Origin: Macrostomum lignano
Lineage: Eukaryota
Length of the DNA stretch: 64,000 bases
NCBI GenBank assembly: GCA_002269645.1
Contig: NIVC01000836.1
Span: forward strand, 1-64,000
Direction: 5' to 3'
The position numbers and the translations under genes were made by a program. This document shows, in pieces, positions 61,541 through 64,000 of this stretch. Every line of letters begins with the position of its first letter. Position 1 is the stretch's first letter. Under the pieces are notes generated by a model. It was not told the DNA's origin. It saw nothing but the letters and a program-made list of their open reading frames with translations, and did no database searches.

Positions 61541-62473
61541 TAAAGACTTCATTAGTAGATAGCCTGCAGAAGACTGCCGGACTCATAGCCATTAGAAAAC
61601 AGGTTCCAGTGCCGGAACTCTAGCCATTAGGCCTAGGCCTACTGCAAACTTGCAAAGTTATTCATGTGCCAAAATCCTCATTTTTATTCAAATTTGGCTT
61701 CTGCATGCATATTGGCAAGTCTGCAAGTCATGGGATGATGGAACCCTCGGCCTGACTGCTCTGAAGTCCCTAGTTTACCTACAGTAGCCTAGCCTTTGCC
61801 CCTTGGTAGGCCTACTACTACTAGCTAACTAAGCTAGGCCCTACAATACAAAGTAGACAAGACAATGACAATGACATCATCACATCATCTACTTTACCTT
61901 TAGGTTTAGTTCACTTAATAATAAAGGCGTAAAAGTTCAATAGAATACGTTTCGTTAATTTAAAACGTACTTATTTCATTAGCTTAGCAAAAACCACTGC
62001 GTGCAAATATGATCAATGCATAGGCCAATAGAGGACTGGGCAAGTGAAGTTGAGCACTAAGACTGGGACATTTATGAAGAAAACCCGGCAATAAAAGATG
62101 TGTTCAAATATTTTTTCTATCTTTAAAAAAAATAATCATGATGTATTTTATTCATTTTTTCTAATTAAAACGATTATTTTTTGCTTAAATTAAGGTACTT
62201 TTTGTTAAAAAGAAATATATGTTTAAAAAAAATTTAAGATCGCATTAAGTTGTGAATTGTCAAGTAAGTTTATAAAAAAGTGAAAACAGTAATTGATTTC
62301 TACGATACAGCATAAATACTTTATTCGAAGAAAAAATACATACTTGACAAGTTAGTTAAATAGTCCTTTTGTTACAATCACATTAACAGTGAAACAGAAC
62401 ATACATAAAGCATTATTATCGTATATTATTTGTTTTATAATTATCTGTGAGTACTTTTCACTTAAAATTTGCC

Positions 62474-62560
62474 ATGGCTGCCTCTGAATCCAGCCTAGAA
62501 AAGCTATATGATGTAATGAAGAACATTGAGATGAACAAAAAAACTGGAAAAAACATGGAG
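62474..62560 (+). CDS. Probable first coding exon of an unidentified gene continuing downstream
   Basis: Strong Kozak context GCCATGG, 29 open codons (MAASESSLEKLYDVMKNIEMNKKTGKNME) and donor GAG|GTATGC in AT-rich surroundings. I found no convincing next exon. Confidence 0.4.
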
Positions 62561-62974
62561 GTATGCTATATCAATTTTTGCTTTTTTTGCTACTGCCTAC
62601 TTGCTAGTTGCTAGCCTACTACAAACAATACAATTGTCTGGAATCTAAGTAATCATTGTTGTAACTTATATAAAAATTTTTGTAGTTGATGTTCATTTTG
62701 TCTGCTGCCAGTTTGTCCACAACTCTTATCTGCAAAAATAAGATGTCATTTTGTCTACCTCTACTACAAAATATTAAATATGATATAAAAATTATAAGTG
62801 ACAATTGTTATAATATAATGAGATAGTGATAGATAAAATACTCATTTTAATACGACCTAGTGATAATGGACAACTGTATTATTAGAAGTATAAACATTCT
62901 AAAAAATAATAGTTAGACATAGGCGAGTGGCCATGTGGTAGGCCCCCCTAACTAGTCATTTCACCTATATATAA

Positions 62975-63535
62975 ACTGTTTTGGCCATGGCCATTTTGCC
63001 CTTATACCATTTCGCCCACAGACCATTTCACCCATAGACTGTTTCATCCATAGACCATTTTGGCCATGGACCATTTCTAAACTTTACAGTTTTAAACTCT
63101 ATGTTTTGATTTTCAATTTTGGTGAAAAAATCTTAAATTCTTTTAGTATTTCAAGCTTTATCTTGCTTTTATCTTGCTATAACCAAAAACCCTTTCTCAT
63201 CCTCAGCTGTTCAAATTGGCTTTAATTGTCATACTTTCAAAAGGAATGACTTTTAAAAAACTCGTTATAATTCATAATCATAATAAACAAAATTGCAATA
63301 ATGCAATTGTTGTAGCAACAATTCAGATCATAGTTTTTTACATATTAAAACTAAAAATTAGCATTGAAAAAAAGAAAATGAAGATACATGTATAGTTGTA
63401 TCTCTAGTAAATACATAATACATAAATACCTATGTCTAAATTGGAGGCAAATAGTCTATGGCCAAACTGGTTTATAGGCAAAATGGTCTAAAGGTGAAAT
63501 ATCCATGGCTCAATTGGTTTGGGGACAAAATAACT
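62975..63535. mobile_element. Degenerate MITE-like element with inverted arrays of 16-bp subterminal repeats
   Basis: Left units are CCATTTCACCCATAGA-like (62975-63080); right units are their complement, TCTATGGCCAAACTGG-like (63450-63535). Confidence 0.55.
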
Positions 63536-64000
63536 GGAATTTGGCTGTCTATCTTCTATAATGCAAAAATTTATAACTTTTAATCTAAATAGTTTAAAAA
63601 TAGTTTTTTTTAGTGAAAATATTTAATGTTTATATTTTTTGCCTTTTAAGTTTAATAAAATAGCTCTTTGAGGATTTTGGATAAATAATTTTTTGTTAGG
63701 ATGCTACAATTTTAGCATAAAAAGATTAAAATTAGAATCCCAATTATCATTCATTATAATATATGGGTATTATATATTGTTAAAAAAATTTATAATTAAA
63801 AGTTTTTTAGACTGTCTAATCTATAATACAAAAATATTAAAGAGACCCTTAAGAAAGCTAGTTGCTTCTACAATTCCCTACATGTTTAGTTTGCAATCTC
63901 TATTGTAGCCAAGGTTTGAACTGTGCTTGACACCTTTTCCTACACTAGACACTACCAGTTTACCAGACTGTCTATACTACTTGGGGCTAATCTGTGCTGT

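Overview
Eukaryotic (animal) genomic DNA with spliced genes (GT-AG) separated and inflated by about 25 distinct minisatellite or low-complexity arrays. This architecture resembles the flatworm Macrostomum, but that is inference only. I assembled gene models by hand by checking splice phase and family motifs from memory, with no database search. They are: a USPL1-like SUMO-isopeptidase homologue that appears to have lost its catalytic triad (+, 1869-8336); three tandem 5-exon Shisa-like/STMC6 (CX-type) single-pass membrane genes (-, 9.1-30.0 kb); an RREB1/hindsight zinc-finger gene (-); an internally deleted P-superfamily THAP transposon with TIRs and TSD 339 bp upstream of the RREB1 ATG; ZMAT2/Snu23 (-); a CCSER-like gene (-) whose introns hold a solo LTR and a foldback MITE; and a probable first exon of an unknown + strand gene near the end. 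The most striking observations are these. Only the ectodomain exon is 98.6% identical between two otherwise highly diverged Shisa-like paralogues, with identity stopping at the splice sites. Short introns are repeatedly inflated by private, unrelated minisatellites. The USPL1 homologue looks like a pseudo-enzyme. The P element has a KP-repressor-like structure. Most long ORFs in the supplied track are repeat artefacts.
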